Source of the DNA: Raja brachyura
Lineage: Eukaryota
Reading direction: 5' to 3'
Assembly (NCBI GenBank): GCA_963514005.1
Contig: CAUPSL010001169.1
Location: 186,001-250,000 of the forward strand
DNA length: 64,000 bases
The notes under the pieces were generated by a model that did not search any database, had not been told where the DNA came from, and saw only the letters and a list, made by a program, of their open reading frames with translations. Both the position numbers and the translations under genes were made by a program. This document shows positions 61,011-64,000 of this stretch, in pieces (within the stretch, counting starts at the first letter, position 1; each line of letters begins with the position of its first letter).

Positions 61011-62639
61011 TGCCATATACCTGTGGTAATTTTGGATGTGCTTTTGACCATGGTTTGTTGGCAACTGGCAGAGGAGGATGTAAGGGGATGCAATTGATTT
61101 TTTTGAATTCACGAAGGGATAGATGACGTTGATGGGGAGAGAGCTATTCCTTTCACATTAATGTCAGAAAACAAAGTATTGACATTAGTATTGGTTTATT
61201 ATTATCGCATGTAACCAGATACAATGTAAAACTTGGATTGTGCGCTCTGCGGTCAAATTGGACGAACATGAGTCCAACCAACCCATGCTTAAGTCCGACG
61301 GGTAGCGCAACGATAAAATAATTTCCACAATACATAATTTAGTGTAACAACAACAATAGCGTGAGAGTTACGGAGAGAAAGTCCAAGGTCCATAACGAGA
61401 TTGGTTGGTAGATAGGCTCCTGGGAAGACCAGTCAGTAGGCTGATAACAGCGGGGAAGAAGTGGATCCTGAATCTTAGACCTTGCACCCAATAGAAATGT
61501 CCAGTCCCTGAACAGGGACGCAGACGAAGCTGCCACCTCACATTCCTGCTCTCGATTTTTATCGGCAGAGAACCAGTCTGAATAATGTTATACGTGTGAA
61601 ATTCGCAAATTAAAGATAATAATTCCGAATGGACTTGCCGATGATTAATGAGAGGAAAGTAAACATCTCGACCTTGTTTTAACAGTATGATGTAAAAAAT
61701 TGAATTATGTAACAACAATATTTCAAAACGGAGCAAGAAAAAATCCCGACCCGATCAGTTCTCGTTTATTTCCCTCCACAGACGTTGCCTGACCCGCTGC
61801 GTTCCTGCAGCAGCTCGTTTGTCGCTTGAAACGTGTTAACTGACTTTTTGATGGTTGTATTGTCTGTCACAGAGTCTGATGAAGGGTCCCTACCCGAAAC
61901 GCCACCTTTCCATTTACTCTAGACATGTTTCGTGACCCGCTGATTTACTCTAACGTTTTGTACCTCTCGTTGCTTTATGGGTTTGTAATTTAACCAATGT
62001 GAAATTTACTGATGAAGTAACAGTGGACGAATGGACAAAACAAAGCAAGAGCCAACCACTGGCCAAAGGGCTTATCAACCGGAAACAGTGTCAGCAATGC
62101 TTTTATATCAACATGTCCGGAAACACCACAATTTCGTGTTTTACTTTGAGATTATTTCATTAAAACCTGCGTTCGTCAATTCGGTGAAATGCACAGTCTA
62201 GGGATCATTCAAAACACATGAGCAGGAAACCAATGACAGCCACCTCGAAGCACGAATTTCAAAAGGAACATCAGACGCTGGAGTTATCGCTCGCGTCTTT
62301 TTCCTGCCCCCCACATCTTTCCCCTGCTGCAATCACTCTACAGGTTTCAAAATCAAAACGTCGTCTGTAGTGTCCCTGCATAGATACCGTCTGACCGGCT
62401 GAGTTCCTCCAGTATTTTGTATTTAATACAAAGCAAAACCCCTGAGAACATTCAGTAGGATTGGCAGCGTCCGCCTGATCTACTGAGTGTTTCTGCATTC
62501 TCTCTTTTTTCATTTCAGCTTTGCATGATTGGCATATTTCTCTCTACATCGGTGTAACTCTACATCTCTCAAGCAATCGCGGTTTTGTAACACCATTGAA
62601 TGACGAGTTATGTCGCGAAATTGATGGACATAGAAAGGA

Positions 62640-63570
62640 AATATACGCGAGTTTCATAAATGAAAGGTTTGAGGATGTTTCCTGGACTCGAGCTGCAGGG
62701 AGAGGTATGGCAGATTAAGCCTTTATATCTTGTAACCCCAGAGACTGAAGAATGATCTTATAAAGGTGTATAACATCAAGAGGGGGATAAAGAGGATGAG
62801 TGCAGAGCCATATTCCCAGTGTAGTAAAGTCAAAGACCTTGAGGACAGAGGTTTAAGGTGAGAGGAAAAAGTTCTAACAGGAACTTGAGGAGCAATCTAT
62901 TTATACAAAGAGTCGTGGGTATATGGATAGAAAATGTTTAGAGGGATCTGTGCCAAAGGTGGGCGCATAGGATTGGCTTAGATGGGGTGCCTTGGGCGGC
63001 ATGGATGAGTTGGGCTACGTGGTCATGGGCTGTCTTTGGGGGAGTAGGTTTAAAGAGATGTTACACATGATTTAGAACAAGTGTGATAAAATCTGAGGAT
63101 CTATTCACCTCAAACAAATCAGATTTAATAGGGATAGATAAAACCCAGTGGGCCACGTTTTTGAATCTGTTGTGCTGTTCTGTTTGGTGCATTACAGGAA
63201 TTTGTATGGAGGCTTTAGAAATTGTTCAGAAGAGGCCTACCAGAATGTTATTTGTTTTTGAGGTTACTAGATATTAGCAGGGATGGGCAAACGTGGATTG
63301 TTTTCTCTGTAGCGTCTTACGGAAGTACATACGTTTACGAGAGCATAACTATGGTGGATAACCTTATTTTTCCCATGGTGAAAATATTAAAAGACTGCAG
63401 GGCATATTTTAAGGTAGGAGGGGTAAAATGTAAATAACATTTAAATTGAAATGTACATGTTAAATACGGCAAGCTATTTTACAGTGGGGCGTAGTTGTGG
63501 AGCACGCTGCTGAAGAAGTGTTGCAAGGAGATGCGTCGGCAACGTTTAAAGGCATTGAGACAGTCAAATG
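62640..63570 (+). mobile_element. Two decayed CR1-like LINE 3' fragments
   Basis: RT C-terminal remnants (GACTGAAGAATGATCTTATAAAGGTGTATAA; EALEIVQKRPTRML). Confidence 0.6.
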
Positions 63571-64000
63571 AACAAAGGTTCAAAGTTCAAAGGTCTGTTT
63601 ATTGTCACGTGTACCAATTAAAGTATAGTGAAGCTCGTACATTAAAATAAAGAACGTACGGATTCAGGCCATGTCTACGCAGATGGAATTATTTAGGATT
63701 GACATTATGTTCTGCGAGGGCGGGGGACGTGGAAGGTTGTGTTCCCGTGTTGTAGAGTGATGTGAGTCGTGTTCTATGTATTGACGAAGGGCCAGACCCG
63801 AAACGTCACCTATGCATGTACTCCACAGATGCTGTCTGACCCGTTGAGTTAAACAGCACACTGTGTGTCTTTTTTCCATGGTCGTTACTTTTACATTCTG
63901 TGTCAATACATTTCCAATGTGTTTAAATTCCACACAACATGATCGAAGCATTTGGAGGCGTTCGCTTTTTCCATGCTTTGTATTCGACATTATCATATCT

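Overview
Repeat-rich vertebrate genomic DNA with several N gaps. The repeat families (HE1-like V-SINEs, CR1/HER1-like tails) and gene content point to a cartilaginous fish, probably a skate or ray. Three host genes lie on the minus strand. One is a complete 5-exon nonclassical MHC class I heavy chain gene (42189->30199, 355 aa) with a hydrophobic groove and most peptide-anchor residues lost. It is flanked by two paralogous GPR139/GPR142-like class A GPCR genes: one complete with 2 exons (54831->50810), one seen only as an intact exon 2 (6769->5856). Mobile elements: a degenerate L1; a hAT element with a perfect 8-bp TSD containing a Harbinger MITE and a tRNA-Pro-primed class I ERV provirus; a DIRS1-type tyrosine-recombinase retrotransposon with intact ITR/ICR; a Tc1 interrupted by a CR1; Penelope fragments with hammerhead-like cores; Rex/Babar and CR1 fragments; a Helitron-like element; many SINEs. 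The standout observation is an intronless, decayed copy of the host FCHO2 F-BAR coding sequence between the ERV PBS and gag, i.e. apparent retroviral capture of a membrane-bending endocytosis gene. All homologies were judged by eye and from memory, without database searches.
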